From the NCBI RefSeq assembly GCF_013122565.1, contig NZ_CP053258.1: 64,000 bases of DNA. One strand, written 5' to 3'. This DNA comes from Escherichia coli (GTDB lineage Bacteria; Pseudomonadota; Gammaproteobacteria; Enterobacterales; Enterobacteriaceae). Shown here one piece after another: positions 20,927 to 31,758 of the stretch; position 1 is the stretch's first letter; the number at the start of each line of letters is the position of its first letter. Made by a program: the position numbers and the translations under genes. The notes under the pieces were generated by a model that saw only the letters and a program-made list of their open reading frames with translations, did no database searches and was not told the origin of the DNA.

Positions 20927-21285
20927 TGTGGTTTAAACAAGCTGCTGATAAATAAGAAACACAGTGCCCCCAGCGCACACCAGAACACCGCGCTTAGTAA
21001 CCATGCCAGCTCTTGCCAGAATGAGCGGGTCGGTGAAAAAAACAGCCGCATAATAAGCATTGAACAGGGTGCCGCCAGCATTGCGCCAAACAGAGGTTTC
21101 AGGACTTCTCTACGCTGTGAAAAGAAACTGGCAACTGCTCCAGGAAGAATGAAAAACAGCAAGCCGATTTCAGGATGCCCGGCAGCCCGAAAAGCGCCTT
21201 TCATGTGCGTCGCCAGAAAAAGGCACACCACAATGAAGAGGACAAAACAGCAGATTGCCCCCGCCCAACGTTGTTTATGTTTCAC
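20908..21285 (-). CDS. ybjM: inner membrane protein YbjM
   Basis: 125-aa membrane ORF, synteny. Confidence 0.85.
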   Translation of the reverse strand: MKHKQRWAGAICCFVLFIVVCLFLATHMKGAFRAAGHPEIGLLFFILPGAVASFFSQRREVLKPLFGAMLAAPCSMLIMRLFFSPTRSFWQELAWLLSAVFWCALGALCFLFISSLFKPQHRKNQ

Positions 21286-21554
21286 TCGTTCCTCCTGACA
21301 CTGCGTCTATCGAACACATTTTTCGCCAGTGTGGCGTTCAGTAAGATAAAGCCGCTTCGCATTCCATGCTAATATAGGCCAACGCAATTCATATAGCCGT
21401 TGATACCTAATGTGATTACACTAGTAAAATATATTGTTACTTTACTATCGTTTAGGTGCGCTGAATGAATCTGCGCCCTGAATTCTGGTAAAAAACATTA
21501 TCGTAAATTACCATTTCTTTCAACAGCTTACTAGTAAACAAGAAGTTAGCCTCC

Positions 21555-23240
21555 GTGAATATAAACGTCGCCGAATTGTTAAATGGGAATTACATTCTGT
21601 TATTATTTGTGGTCCTCGCGCTTGGGCTATGTCTCGGAAAGTTACGACTTGGTTCGATCCAACTGGGTAATTCCATTGGCGTTTTAGTCGTATCGCTGTT
21701 ATTAGGCCAACAACATTTCAGCATTAACACCGACGCGCTTAATCTTGGCTTTATGCTGTTTATTTTCTGCGTCGGGGTCGAAGCCGGACCGAACTTTTTT
21801 TCCATTTTTTTTCGCGATGGGAAAAATTACCTAATGTTAGCACTGGTGATGGTTGGCAGTGCGCTGGTGATCGCCTTAGGGTTAGGTAAGCTGTTTGGCT
21901 GGGATATTGGCCTGACGGCCGGTATGTTAGCCGGCTCTATGACGTCGACACCGGTTCTGGTCGGTGCTGGCGATACACTGCGTCATTCCGGCATGGAAAG
22001 CAGGCAGCTCTCACTGGCGCTGGATAATCTGAGCCTCGGCTATGCCTTAACCTATTTAATCGGTCTGGTGAGTTTGATTGTTGGTGCGCGTTACTTGCCG
22101 AAATTGCAGCATCAGGACTTACAGACCAGCGCCCAGCAAATCGCCCGCGAACGTGGCCTGGACACTGATGCCAACCGTAAGGTTTATTTACCGGTGATCC
22201 GCGCCTATCGCGTCGGCCCGGAGCTGGTGGCCTGGACCGACGGCAAAAATCTGCGTGAACTGGGTATTTATCGACAAACCGGCTGCTACATTGAACGTAT
22301 TCGACGTAACGGGATTCTGGCAAATCCAGACGGTGATGCCGTGCTACAAATGGGCGATGAAATAGCGTTAGTAGGCTATCCCGACGCCCATGCCCGACTC
22401 GATCCCAGCTTCCGTAACGGTAAAGAAGTTTTCGATCGTGACCTTCTCGACATGCGTATCGTCACTGAAGAAGTGGTCGTTAAAAACCATAACGCTGTAG
22501 GTAAACGTCTCGCACAACTGAAGTTGACCGATCACGGTTGCTTCCTTAACCGCGTCATTCGTAGCCAGATTGAGATGCCGATAGATGACAACGTCGTGCT
22601 TAACAAAGGTGACGTTTTACAAGTCAGCGGCGATGCCCGCCGCGTAAAAACCATCGCCGATCGCATCGGCTTTATCTCGATTCACAGCCAGGTCACTGAC
22701 CTGCTGGCATTCTGCGCCTTCTTTGTTATTGGGCTGATGATCGGGATGATCACCTTCCAGTTCAGCACATTCAGTTTCGGCATGGGGAACGCTGCCGGGT
22801 TGTTATTCGCCGGAATTATGCTGGGCTTTATGCGTGCTAACCACCCGACCTTCGGTTACATTCCGCAAGGTGCATTAAGCATGGTGAAAGAGTTCGGCTT
22901 GATGGTGTTTATGGCAGGCGTTGGTCTGAGCGCCGGTAGCGGTATTAATAACGGCCTGGGCGCGATTGGCGGTCAAATGTTGATTGCCGGATTGATTGTC
23001 AGTCTGGTGCCCGTGGTTATCTGTTTCTTGTTCGGTGCTTATGTATTGCGAATGAACCGCGCACTGTTGTTCGGCGCAATGATGGGCGCACGCACCTGCG
23101 CGCCGGCAATGGAGATCATCAGTGATACAGCTCGCAGTAACATCCCGGCGCTGGGCTATGCGGGCACCTACGCAATCGCCAACGTCCTGCTGACGCTGGC
23201 AGGGACAATCATCGTCATGGTATGGCCAGGATTAGGATAA
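21555..23240 (+). CDS. ybjL: putative transport protein YbjL (AAE family, TrkA-C domains)
   Basis: 561-aa ORF (V/M)[19 protein letters not shown]..., probable GTG start. Confidence 0.9.
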
Positions 23241-23384
23241 AACTGAAGTTGCCCTGAAAATGAAATTTTTTTGCACAACCGCAGAACTTTTCCGCAGGGC
23301 ATCAGTCTTAATTAGTGCCACTGCTTTTCTTTGATGTCCCCATTTTGTGGAGCCCATCAACCCCGCCATTTCGGTTCAAGGTTG

Positions 23385-23411
23385 GTGGGTTTTTTGTTGC
23401 CTGAAATTTAT
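23385..23411. repeat. attL core direct repeat gtgggttttttgttgcctgaaatttat
   Basis: 26/27 identical to copy at 58558..58584. Confidence 0.75.
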
Positions 23412-23475
23412 GCCTTTTAAAATCATGATGTTAGAAGCACTGTTTTTTAACGATGGCGACAAAATGGCGGCAGCG

Positions 23476-23694
23476 TCAAAGAGAGAGCGCCACCTGTCCT
23501 GATTTCATTGGATGCGGCTGAACCGGATTTGACTCTTTTGGCGTTGCAATCGAACGAACAAAAGTTTCATGGGTAACAAAAGTATGGCTGCAGTTAATGT
23601 TCTGGCACTGGTTGTAACGCTCTTTGGTCAATGAAGATACCTGAAAACTGCTGCGAGTATGGGCGGCACTTCCACACAGTGGGCAAATCATCAT
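23476..23694 (-). CDS. ogr: Ogr-family zinc-finger late transcription activator
   Basis: MMICPLCGSAAHTRSS...CQNINCSHTF Cys4 pattern like P2 Ogr. Confidence 0.85.
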   Translation of the reverse strand: MMICPLCGSAAHTRSSFQVSSLTKERYNQCQNINCSHTFVTHETFVRSIATPKESNPVQPHPMKSGQVALSL

Positions 23695-23784
23695 TTTTCG
23701 AGTTCTCCCCATTTTTGCTAAATTCACAATAATGATACCGCATTATTCCATTTTGCAAACTTAAAAGTTCTCCATTGCGAAGAA

Positions 23785-24885
23785 TCATTCCATTTCGAAA
23801 TCATCAATCCTCACTTCGAGCTCCAGACTGGTTGTAAAACCGTTATCGGGGCTGACGGTATGCGTCAGAGTCGTAATGGTCCATTCCGCATCATCTATCG
23901 GCTGTTTAAAGCCACTGACCTTCACAGGCATTTCTGTGTAGAGATCTGCCCGCCCTTCCGCCAGTTGTAGCGAGAATGATGCAACGCCGCGTTGCAGGCG
24001 TTCCCACTGCATTTTCGCTGCCCGTTCAGCGTTGCTCCGGTTGGCATAAGTGCGATTAAGTACCAGCACGTTTTCATCCGTACCCACCAGGTAATCGCCC
24101 TGCTTCGCTTCCGGCTCTTTCTTCTGCTTTGCGGTCCTGCGCTTACGCTTCACCGTGGTGCTTTCTTTCTTCGCGGGTTCGCGGGTATGCAACCAACTGG
24201 CAATTACGCCCGTATAGGCTCCGCGATCTGCCAGGGTAAAGCGGTGACTGTCGCCGTCCTTGCGTGTGATAGTGATCACCGGCAGAGGTTTACCGCTGGC
24301 GCTTTTGCCCTGTCCCTGCCGGATGAATAACAGATTGCCATTTTTCACCGACGCAATAGCACCGTACTGGCGCGCCAGCCGCATCAGAAAACTGCCGTCA
24401 CTCTCATTGGTCTGGTCTATATGTTCCACGGGCTTATCCGACAGGTCTTTACCCAGTGCCATCTTCAGCTTGTGCCGCGCGGCTATTTCCTTCACCACTT
24501 CCCCGACAGTGGTCTTGTGCCACGATTTTTCACGGCGGGTATTCAGCGTTTCCCTAAAATCAGCACTTCGCGCCCGGATAGTCAGGCGATCCGGTGCGCC
24601 AGTGTGTTCAATCTCGTCCACCGTGAATGCCCCTTTCGGGAAAAGCGGCTGCCCCTTCCAGCCCAGCGCCAGCGTGATGACCGCACCACGGCGCGGCAGC
24701 ACGATTTTTCCGTCGGCGTCGTCCAGCTCCAGATCAAGCTGGTCTGCTTCAAAGCCCCGATTGTCCGTCAACGTCAGACTCATCAGGCGGTTATCCAGCA
24801 CAGTGGTGATATCCTTCCCCTCAATACTGATGCTGAATGCGGGAGTTTTGTTGCATTTGTTAAGCAGTTCAGAGCTGAAATTCAC
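23785..24885 (-). CDS. D: tail protein D (late control gene D)
   Basis: 366-aa ORF at P2 gene D position; remembered similarity. Confidence 0.8.
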   Translation of the reverse strand: MNFSSELLNKCNKTPAFSISIEGKDITTVLDNRLMSLTLTDNRGFEADQLDLELDDADGKIVLPRRGAVITLALGWKGQPLFPKGAFTVDEIEHTGAPDRLTIRARSADFRETLNTRREKSWHKTTVGEVVKEIAARHKLKMALGKDLSDKPVEHIDQTNESDGSFLMRLARQYGAIASVKNGNLLFIRQGQGKSASGKPLPVITITRKDGDSHRFTLADRGAYTGVIASWLHTREPAKKESTTVKRKRRTAKQKKEPEAKQGDYLVGTDENVLVLNRTYANRSNAERAAKMQWERLQRGVASFSLQLAEGRADLYTEMPVKVSGFKQPIDDAEWTITTLTHTVSPDNGFTTSLELEVRIDDFEME

Positions 24886-25367
24886 GACAGCAGCCCTCCC
24901 ACCGTTTTACTGATATCGCTTAAGGCAGACGTTGCCGTATCCTGCAAATTATTCAGTTGAGTACTGAGATCACCGAACATATCGGACAGGGATTCATCCA
25001 CCCGTTTGAGCGACAGGGTAAACTCAATCCGGCGCGGCATACCATCGCGGAAAAACTCCGTTTTAGTCTGATTCAGTCCCTCAATCACATACATGCCGTA
25101 AATCGTGCCGCTGCCTTCAATCAGGGGCCATGCTTTTCCCTGTTCTGCCATCTGCTCCAGAGCCAGCAACGACAGCCTGCCGCCCGTTATCTCCGGCATA
25201 AGAACACCAGAAAGCGTCAGCATGTCGTTGTCCGGTCCCAGAAACTGCGTGGACGGACGACGGTTTACCCGGCTGTTTGCCGCATGTCGCCAGCTGCGTT
25301 GATACTGCAGTTCCTGATACGGAACGGTGCGCAGCATAAACGCGTACAATCCCAGCACCATCATCAT
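24882..25367 (-). CDS. U: tail protein U
   Basis: 161-aa ORF at P2 gene U position. Confidence 0.8.
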   Translation of the reverse strand: MMMVLGLYAFMLRTVPYQELQYQRSWRHAANSRVNRRPSTQFLGPDNDMLTLSGVLMPEITGGRLSLLALEQMAEQGKAWPLIEGSGTIYGMYVIEGLNQTKTEFFRDGMPRRIEFTLSLKRVDESLSDMFGDLSTQLNNLQDTATSALSDISKTVGGLLS

Positions 25368-28300
25368 GCGTCGTATCCCCCCTGATCGCTGTAGTTACTC
25401 CTGGCTTTTGCCTTCAGCCTGCGTTCACGTTCATCAAGCTGGCGTGCCACCTCCCGCGCAATATCCTGCGCACTTTGTCCTGGCTGCGTCTGAATGATGA
25501 TCTGCGTCGGTGCCTCAATCCGGTGAACGGGCGGCACAGTGGCTGCACGACTCACCATCGCTTCGCCGCCTTTCGCGGGAAGTGCCAAAGGATGCAACGG
25601 TGGAAGTTCTGCAGGCGCGGCAGCAACGCCCATCATTCCGGCAACAACGGCAGCCAGTGCAGCTGTATTTCTCCGGCTGGTCACATTTGCCGGGCCGTTA
25701 ACAATTTCCGGCCCGTTTTCACCGACGATGCCAAACTGCCCGCGCGGGATATAGCCGCCGCTGTCATACATCCCCGCAAAGCCATATCCCCATGACGGAA
25801 AACCACCCGATGGCATCATCACTTTACCGTCTGCATTCACCGTCGCAGGTTGCTGACGCGTCACTCTTTCCGGCAGTTTCGCCTTTGCAGCCTCTTTACT
25901 GACAATGCCGAGTTTCTCCAGCAACCAGGAAACGCCGGATTTCAGGGAGTCCAGCGGATGCATGACCATATTCAGCCCTTCCGCCAGTGCCTCCCCGAAT
26001 CGTCGCCCCATTGCCGCTGCGCTCTGCAGTTCGGCAGAGGTCGACTTAACGGGCGTCAGCAGATCAGTAAACCAGCCCCACAACGCCTGCACTTTGTCGC
26101 CAATCCACTGAAACACAGGCTTAAGTGGTTCGAATGCTGCACTGATGGGACCTGCCGCCGCTTTGAATCCTTCCACCACACCAGCGAGAAATGCGGTGAT
26201 GGGTTGCCAGTATTTCCAGACAACCAGCGCCACGCCCGCCAGTGCAGTAACCACAAGACCTATCGGACTGAGCAGAGCACCTAACAGACCAGATATGGCA
26301 TACAGGGCAACGCGCAGCATCGCCAGCGGACCGGATGCCAGTACTCGCAGCACCGAGCCTGCGGCAGCCAGTCCACCGCGTAGTGCTGCCAGTGGATTCA
26401 TAAACATCACAGCAACAGCACGTAAACCGGATAATCCAGACCGCAACAGTGCAACCGGCACACCTGCTACAGTTTTCAGGACATTCCCCGTCAGTGATGC
26501 CGTGCGGCGCAAAGACGACAACGGCGCAGTAAGTAAACCCGCTGCGTTGCCCGATGAAGCAAGCCCGCGTCGCAGCAGTGCCAGTGGAGCGCCAGCTAAC
26601 CAGGACAACGCGCTGCTGGTTCGTGTTACTGCTGCCGTAACGGAAGATAACGTTTTGATACCCAGCACAGAGAATCCCAGACGGATGACTGCCAGCGGCC
26701 CCAGCACTGCAGCCAGCGCCACCGCTAAGGTGCCGAGGCCTACGGTAACCGCAGCCACAACAGCAGCTACTTTCATCAGTGTGCCTGTCAGTTCCGGGTT
26801 AGCTTCCACCCAGCGGCGCAACGCCCCCGTGATGCTTTTCACCGTGTACAGAATATCCATCAGCGGCTGGCGCAGCATTTCGCCCAGGCTGCTGAAGGTG
26901 TTCTGCGCTCCGGTTTTGACCAGCAACCACTGAGCGGAAAGTGAGTCCTTGTTAATGTCGGATTCTTTCTGCATGGAACCGAGCGCATCATTGCCCGCTG
27001 TCAGTTTTAGCTGGCGCTGCAGTTCCGGAAGGTTGTTTGCCAGTTTCGCCGCATCATCACCAAACTCTTTACCAAACAACATGGTCATGGCAGACAGACG
27101 CTTGTCCTGCGGCAGTGCGTTCACCTTCTCCAGCACACGCTGGATAGTTCCCATCGCATCCTTCGTCATCTGCTTTTCAATCACTTCAGGATTGAGTTTC
27201 AGCAGATTCATCCCTTCAAAGAAACTCTTGCTTTGCATGGTGGCAATGGACAATTCACGCACCATCGCGTTTGCTGCACTGGCTGCAACCTCCGGCGCAG
27301 CGCCCAGTGTCAGAAAGGTGGAACCCAGTGCCGCCGCTTTACGATAATCCAGACGGTCAGCCACACCGCCCAGACGTTGCATCACATCAATGATGTCCGC
27401 CCCTTTCGACATGGCGTTATCATCCAGATAGTTCAGCGCATCGCCGAGCTGTTCAATATTGCGGGTTGGTATTTTGTAGAGCTGGGCGATTTTCCCCAGA
27501 CTTTCTGACAGTTCATCCGCTGGCAGCTCAAAGGCTGTTGCCGCCTTTGCTGCCGTACTGGCGAAGGCCAGCAGGTCACGTTTCTGGTCTTCCCAGCTGT
27601 CGTCAGGGTTTGCGACGTTCATGCGCGCACCACCTTCAACCAGTGCAGCGAAGTCCACCGCACCGTTTTCCATCGGCAACTGTTCGCTGGCAGCCTTGAT
27701 GGCATCCTGCATTTCATAAAAACGTGCAGTGCGGTTGCCATTATCGTCACGCAGACCATTGACCTGCTTTGCCACACCTTTCATGGCATCTTCCATGCTG
27801 GTATAGCTTTTTACTGCCGCCATCACTGGCGCACCCATTGCCAGCCCTGCAGCCGTGGTAGTGGCTCCGGCTCCTGCGATGCGATCGCGCACTTCAAGCC
27901 GTCTTGAGTATTGTTCTCTGGCAGCGTTCATCCGTGCCTGTTGTTCACCCAGACGTTTAAGTGCTTTTTGCTGGCCCTCCAGTGCCTGCCTTGTTTCTTC
28001 AGCATTTTTCTTAAGTTCTCGCTGGGCACTACTGAGTTGTCTGGTATCAATCCCTGATTCTTTAAGTGCCTGACGTTGTCTCTGGACCGCCCCCAACAAG
28101 CCGTTATAGGTCTGCTGAAGTTCCTGTACTCGTGTTTTGGCCTGACTGAATAACTTTGCCTGCGCGGCGGTTGGCCTGTTAGTGGCAGCAAATTGTGTGG
28201 CGAGTTTTGCCGCCTCTTCGCGGGCTGCGTTCAGGTTGTTGGCTGTTATGGCTAGTTGCGAGCGCGTCTTGCGAAATTCATCAATTCTGCCAGCCTGCTT

Positions 28301-28441
28301 ATTCAGTTCTTTGAGGCTGTTTCGGGTATTCTGAATTGCGCCAGCCAGCTCTTTCGAACTGGCCTGTGCAGCACGGAATGGGCGGGTGAGTTTGTCAACC
28401 GCATTAAGAATGACCTGCAGGCGCAGGTTATTATCACTCAT
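25364..28441 (-). CDS. T: tail tape measure protein T
   Basis: 1025-aa Ala-rich, coiled-coil and repeat-rich ORF; position between E' and U. Confidence 0.85.
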   Translation of the reverse strand: MSDNNLRLQVILNAVDKLTRPFRAAQASSKELAGAIQNTRNSLKELNKQAGRIDEFRKTRSQLAITANNLNAAREEAAKLATQFAATNRPTAAQAKLFSQAKTRVQELQQTYNGLLGAVQRQRQALKESGIDTRQLSSAQRELKKNAEETRQALEGQQKALKRLGEQQARMNAAREQYSRRLEVRDRIAGAGATTTAAGLAMGAPVMAAVKSYTSMEDAMKGVAKQVNGLRDDNGNRTARFYEMQDAIKAASEQLPMENGAVDFAALVEGGARMNVANPDDSWEDQKRDLLAFASTAAKAATAFELPADELSESLGKIAQLYKIPTRNIEQLGDALNYLDDNAMSKGADIIDVMQRLGGVADRLDYRKAAALGSTFLTLGAAPEVAASAANAMVRELSIATMQSKSFFEGMNLLKLNPEVIEKQMTKDAMGTIQRVLEKVNALPQDKRLSAMTMLFGKEFGDDAAKLANNLPELQRQLKLTAGNDALGSMQKESDINKDSLSAQWLLVKTGAQNTFSSLGEMLRQPLMDILYTVKSITGALRRWVEANPELTGTLMKVAAVVAAVTVGLGTLAVALAAVLGPLAVIRLGFSVLGIKTLSSVTAAVTRTSSALSWLAGAPLALLRRGLASSGNAAGLLTAPLSSLRRTASLTGNVLKTVAGVPVALLRSGLSGLRAVAVMFMNPLAALRGGLAAAGSVLRVLASGPLAMLRVALYAISGLLGALLSPIGLVVTALAGVALVVWKYWQPITAFLAGVVEGFKAAAGPISAAFEPLKPVFQWIGDKVQALWGWFTDLLTPVKSTSAELQSAAAMGRRFGEALAEGLNMVMHPLDSLKSGVSWLLEKLGIVSKEAAKAKLPERVTRQQPATVNADGKVMMPSGGFPSWGYGFAGMYDSGGYIPRGQFGIVGENGPEIVNGPANVTSRRNTAALAAVVAGMMGVAAAPAELPPLHPLALPAKGGEAMVSRAATVPPVHRIEAPTQIIIQTQPGQSAQDIAREVARQLDERERRLKAKARSNYSDQGGYDA

Positions 28442-28870
28442 CGTTGGCCCCGCTTCTCTGAATCGCTTTATACCGCCATTCCAGCACTTCGGTCAGCGGC
28501 ATAACGTCAGTAACGGATGGCGGCCAATGAAAGATGGTGGCGATATCAGCCACCAGATCGTCAACCGTCAGGCTGTCGGTAAACCGGCAAGTACCGACTT
28601 CTTCAACAAAAAAGTGACAACCTCAACCGACATAGCGGTGAGATCTGCCGGGTCCATCTCTGCAATTTCCTGTGCAGTCAGTGCCGGGCTGGAGATGCGG
28701 GGGATCACGGTCATCATCGCGTTCACATCCATATCCATAATAGCCTGCAGGCGTGTACCGCGCAGTGCACCGGACTGCGGTTTACGCAGCACAATTTCGG
28801 TGATTTCCGTTTTACCGCGCTTGATAGGGGTATCCAGTTGAATAGTCTTTTCAGTCTGCTTATCGCTCAT
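28434..28870 (-). CDS. E+E': E+E' fusion product via programmed -1 ribosomal frameshift (predicted)
   Basis: Slippery heptamer T_TTT_TTG (minus strand 28613..28607) in E frame; -1 frame stays open about 57 codons to TGA overlapping T start (gATGAGTGA). Confidence 0.6.
28568..28870 (-). CDS. E: tail assembly chaperone E
   Basis: 100-aa ORF ending ..VVTFLLKKSVLAGLPTA; contains slippery TTTTTTG. Confidence 0.8.
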   Translation of the reverse strand: MSDKQTEKTIQLDTPIKRGKTEITEIVLRKPQSGALRGTRLQAIMDMDVNAMMTVIPRISSPALTAQEIAEMDPADLTAMSVEVVTFLLKKSVLAGLPTA

Positions 28871-28924
28871 TTTTCTGTCCTGTAAATTGGGTTCTGGCGC
28901 GGAATCCCGCGCTGCTCAGATACA

Positions 28925-29440
28925 TCAAAGGCCGAGGGCGTTGCGGTGCGCTTCCATCAGGTCCACGCCGTCCACAATTTCCACCATGTTGATAAGGTCC
29001 ACTTCATAGAGCACCTCACCATTGATAGTCAGCTTCGCGTAGCTGTTGGTACTGGTCACTTTGGTGGTGTTGCTTTCGCCCGTCTTCCACTCGCCGGAAT
29101 CCACTTCTTTGTGACGTCCACGCACCACAAGCTCCACGGCCTGCACTTCTCCGGTATCGTCACGCTGGATAGAGCCGGTAAAGCGCAACTGGATGCCATC
29201 CACCGTGGCTTTGCCCATCTGCTTAAACAGCAGCAGTTCAGTACCACCAATGGAAAATTCTGTGTCCAGCGCACTGTCATCAAGCCCCAGATCCACATCA
29301 ACTGCACCAGGCATTCCGCCGCCGCGATACTTCTCATATTTGCGGGTGAATTTCGGCAGCGTCAGCGACTCTACGATCCCCTGCCAGTTGTTCCCGTCGT
29401 TAAACAGGTTCAGATGTTTTAATTTGCGTGGTAAAGCCAT
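28925..29440 (-). CDS. FII: tail tube protein FII
   Basis: 171-aa ORF at P2 FII position. Confidence 0.85.
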   Translation of the reverse strand: MALPRKLKHLNLFNDGNNWQGIVESLTLPKFTRKYEKYRGGGMPGAVDVDLGLDDSALDTEFSIGGTELLLFKQMGKATVDGIQLRFTGSIQRDDTGEVQAVELVVRGRHKEVDSGEWKTGESNTTKVTSTNSYAKLTINGEVLYEVDLINMVEIVDGVDLMEAHRNALGL

Positions 29441-29449
29441 GTTATCCCC

Positions 29450-30622
29450 TTACGCGCTGACCTGGCTGGCGAAATTCACCAGGTACTGATCGGTGATGCG
29501 CTGGCGCAGCATCAGATTTTCAAGTGGTGGCACTGGCGTGTAGTCATAGTCGATGGTGAGTTTTCCGGCTTTCAGCGTGTCTTTGTCGTTCACTGACTCG
29601 TCCAGCCAGCAATCACCACCAATGAGATAGCCCTGACTGACCAGGCTGCGCATTTTGGCGCGGATGCCCTCGATAATGTCGCGCGCCAGCGACGGGTTCA
29701 GCGGTTTGTCCACCGCCCACATGTGCGCTTCTGCCATTGTGTCCGTCAGCACCTGCGCCGTGCGGGTGTAGTTTTCGAAGGCAAAAAGCGGATCATCGCT
29801 CAGACAGCGGGAACCCCAGAAGCGGAAACCATCCTTGCGCACAAGCGTGGTGACGTCGTTCTGGTTAAGCAGTCCCGCATCGGTTGCCGGGTCCTGCAGA
29901 TCCCAGAACACATCAGCAGAAATTCCGGTGACACCGTTCACGCCCACGTTGGACAGGCTTTTGTGCCACCCGGTCTGCTCATCAATTTTGGCGCGCAGAC
30001 CGAGCGCACGAGCGGTGGCATATGCCGTTGCTTCGGCATTCAGCACCGTGTCCCAGCCAGTAAAGTCAGGCCAGATCAGCATCCCTTCGCGCTGGCTGAA
30101 GTTTTCGCGGTAAGTGATCGCCTCCTGCACTGTCTTGCAGCCATACGCTGACAGGTAAGCAAACCCACGCAGGCTTTGCGCCACTCTCAGCAACTCAGTC
30201 GCAACGGCTTTGTTATCGTGGCCTGGCACGCCGAGAATGCGCGGTTTAACGCCGAGCTGTAACTGGGCAGATAACAGAGCTTTCATGCCTGTTTTTTTAC
30301 CTTCAGCAGTCACTGCGCCGATGATATTGGTCGTGGTTTCTTCTTCCGTTTCCCCCTGCGGCACACGCACAACAACGGTCACGGGTTTTGCCTGGTCAGC
30401 GATGGCATCCAGCGAACGGGCCAGCGTGCCGGACTCACCCGCTTTACCGCTGGCAGTCAGCACATCAGTGATCAGCACGGGTTTATTAAGAGGAAACATT
30501 TTTGCATCGGCATCATCGCCCGTGCAGACCATACCCACGATGGCGGTGCTCACCGTGGTAATGGATCGGGTGCCTTCGTTGACTTCAACAACGCGCACTC
30601 CGTGGTGGTAATCCTGAGCCAT
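29450..30622 (-). CDS. FI: tail sheath protein FI
   Basis: 390-aa ORF at P2 FI position. Confidence 0.85.
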   Translation of the reverse strand: MAQDYHHGVRVVEVNEGTRSITTVSTAIVGMVCTGDDADAKMFPLNKPVLITDVLTASGKAGESGTLARSLDAIADQAKPVTVVVRVPQGETEEETTTNIIGAVTAEGKKTGMKALLSAQLQLGVKPRILGVPGHDNKAVATELLRVAQSLRGFAYLSAYGCKTVQEAITYRENFSQREGMLIWPDFTGWDTVLNAEATAYATARALGLRAKIDEQTGWHKSLSNVGVNGVTGISADVFWDLQDPATDAGLLNQNDVTTLVRKDGFRFWGSRCLSDDPLFAFENYTRTAQVLTDTMAEAHMWAVDKPLNPSLARDIIEGIRAKMRSLVSQGYLIGGDCWLDESVNDKDTLKAGKLTIDYDYTPVPPLENLMLRQRITDQYLVNFASQVSA

Positions 30623-30698
30623 AGTGGCGAACCTCCTGATTGGATTAGGCTTCGCCCTATGTTGAAGTGATTGTGCCTGACAAACAGCTAAGCGCAGT

Positions 30699-30716
30699 TG
30701 TGTCGTTATTCACACA
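30699..30716 (-). promoter_or_regulatory. Ogr-type late promoter dyad TGT-N12-ACA upstream of FI operon
   Basis: tgtgtcgttattcacaca about 80 bp upstream of FI start. Confidence 0.5.
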
Positions 30717-30764
30717 AAATAACGGTATTTGTCCGCTTACAGGAAAAATCAAAATAATGCTGAC

Positions 30765-31336
30765 TCAGGGCGATTCATTGTTCTCATTCGCCAGAAATTT
30801 TCTATAAATGGTAGAAACGCCCACATCAAAAATCAGTGCAATACGCTGTCTTGATTCTCCGGCCTCGAGTAAACGTCCAATCTGTGCCCACTGTTCGGTA
30901 GTCAACTTAGGACGGCGTCCACCTACTCTGCCTTTAGCACGAGCTGCAGCCAGCCCTTCCCTGGTACGTTCAACTATCAGTTCGCGTTCCATTTCAGCCA
31001 GGGCACCCATGACATGAAAAAAGAAACGGCCCATTGGGGTACTGGTATCAATACTGTCAGTCAGACTTCTGAAATTCACGCCGCGCTGGCGCAACTCTTC
31101 TATCAGAGTAACAAGATGCGCATACTGCGCCCCAACCTGTCCAGCTTCCAGACAACCAGTGTGTCACCTGCCGATAGTGTCCTGAGCAGCTTTTTCAGCC
31201 CTGGTCTGTCGGACTTGGTGCCACTGATTTTATCCTCAAAAATCCGCTCACATCCCGCGCAGTTCAGTGCATTACGTTGCAAATCGGTGTTCTGGTCATT
31301 TGTTGACACGCGTACATAGCCAATAAGCATGATCAT
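30765..31336 (-). pseudogene. Hin/Gin/Pin-family serine DNA invertase, disrupted by frameshift
   Basis: N-terminal 77-aa ORF (MIMLIGYVRVSTNDQ.. catalytic Ser) ends at in-frame TGA; C-terminal 109 aa continue in another frame; about 1-nt indel near 31117. Confidence 0.7.
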
Positions 31337-31387
31337 CCCTCTGAATAAAAACCGGAGATGATGCCAGTTAGCCGTAATCTCTGCATT

Positions 31388-31412
31388 TTCATAAACGTTG
31401 GTTTGGGAGAAG
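31388..31412. repeat. invertase crossover site (gix/cix-like), right copy
   Basis: ttcataaacgttggtttgggagaag; 15-bp perfect inverted repeat of the site at 33216..33240. Confidence 0.65.
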
Positions 31413-31756
31413 CGGCGAAAAGGGATGTGGGCACAGGAGATAATCAGATACCGGATATGGGAGCATTCGCTTCTGGTTCGGGATGGTTCAGGCTACCAGG
31501 TGGATATATTGTTCAGTTTGGCACTTTTTCAGGAAACACGACCCGCTTTATCAGTGGACACTTCCCTATACCATTCCCTAATCAGCCGATGGTTTCAGTC
31601 AGTGTTATGTCTGATGCCGTTCAGTCAGACCCGTCGATTCCTGCCCCGCAGGTTTTGTCTGTAAATTTTGAACATATCAGTAATTCAGCGTGGCGTGTGG
31701 CAACCAGTGATATCTCACAGCAATACAGATTCAGTTATATTTCGATAGGACGGTAG
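31413..31756 (+). CDS. alternative tail-fibre C-terminal variable segment (silent in this orientation)
   Basis: Plus-strand frame shares ..GLGE.. junction with H at the crossover site; no independent start. Confidence 0.5.
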
Positions 31757-31758
31757 AA

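Noticed and set aside
24260-24960. 217-aa and 179-aa plus-strand ORFs
   Set aside because: Antisense to tail gene D; Ser/Arg-rich low-complexity translations
26400-27000. Periodic amino-acid repeats in tape-measure protein (..LxxLRxxL.. units)
   Set aside because: Intragenic protein-level periodicity typical of tape-measure proteins; not a CRISPR array or DNA tandem repeat with spacers
25475-27699. Multiple plus-strand ORFs (up to 262 aa) inside the tape-measure gene
   Set aside because: Antisense to T, which is a long GC-rich Ala-rich gene; Pro/Ala/Ser-rich translations typical of mirror frames
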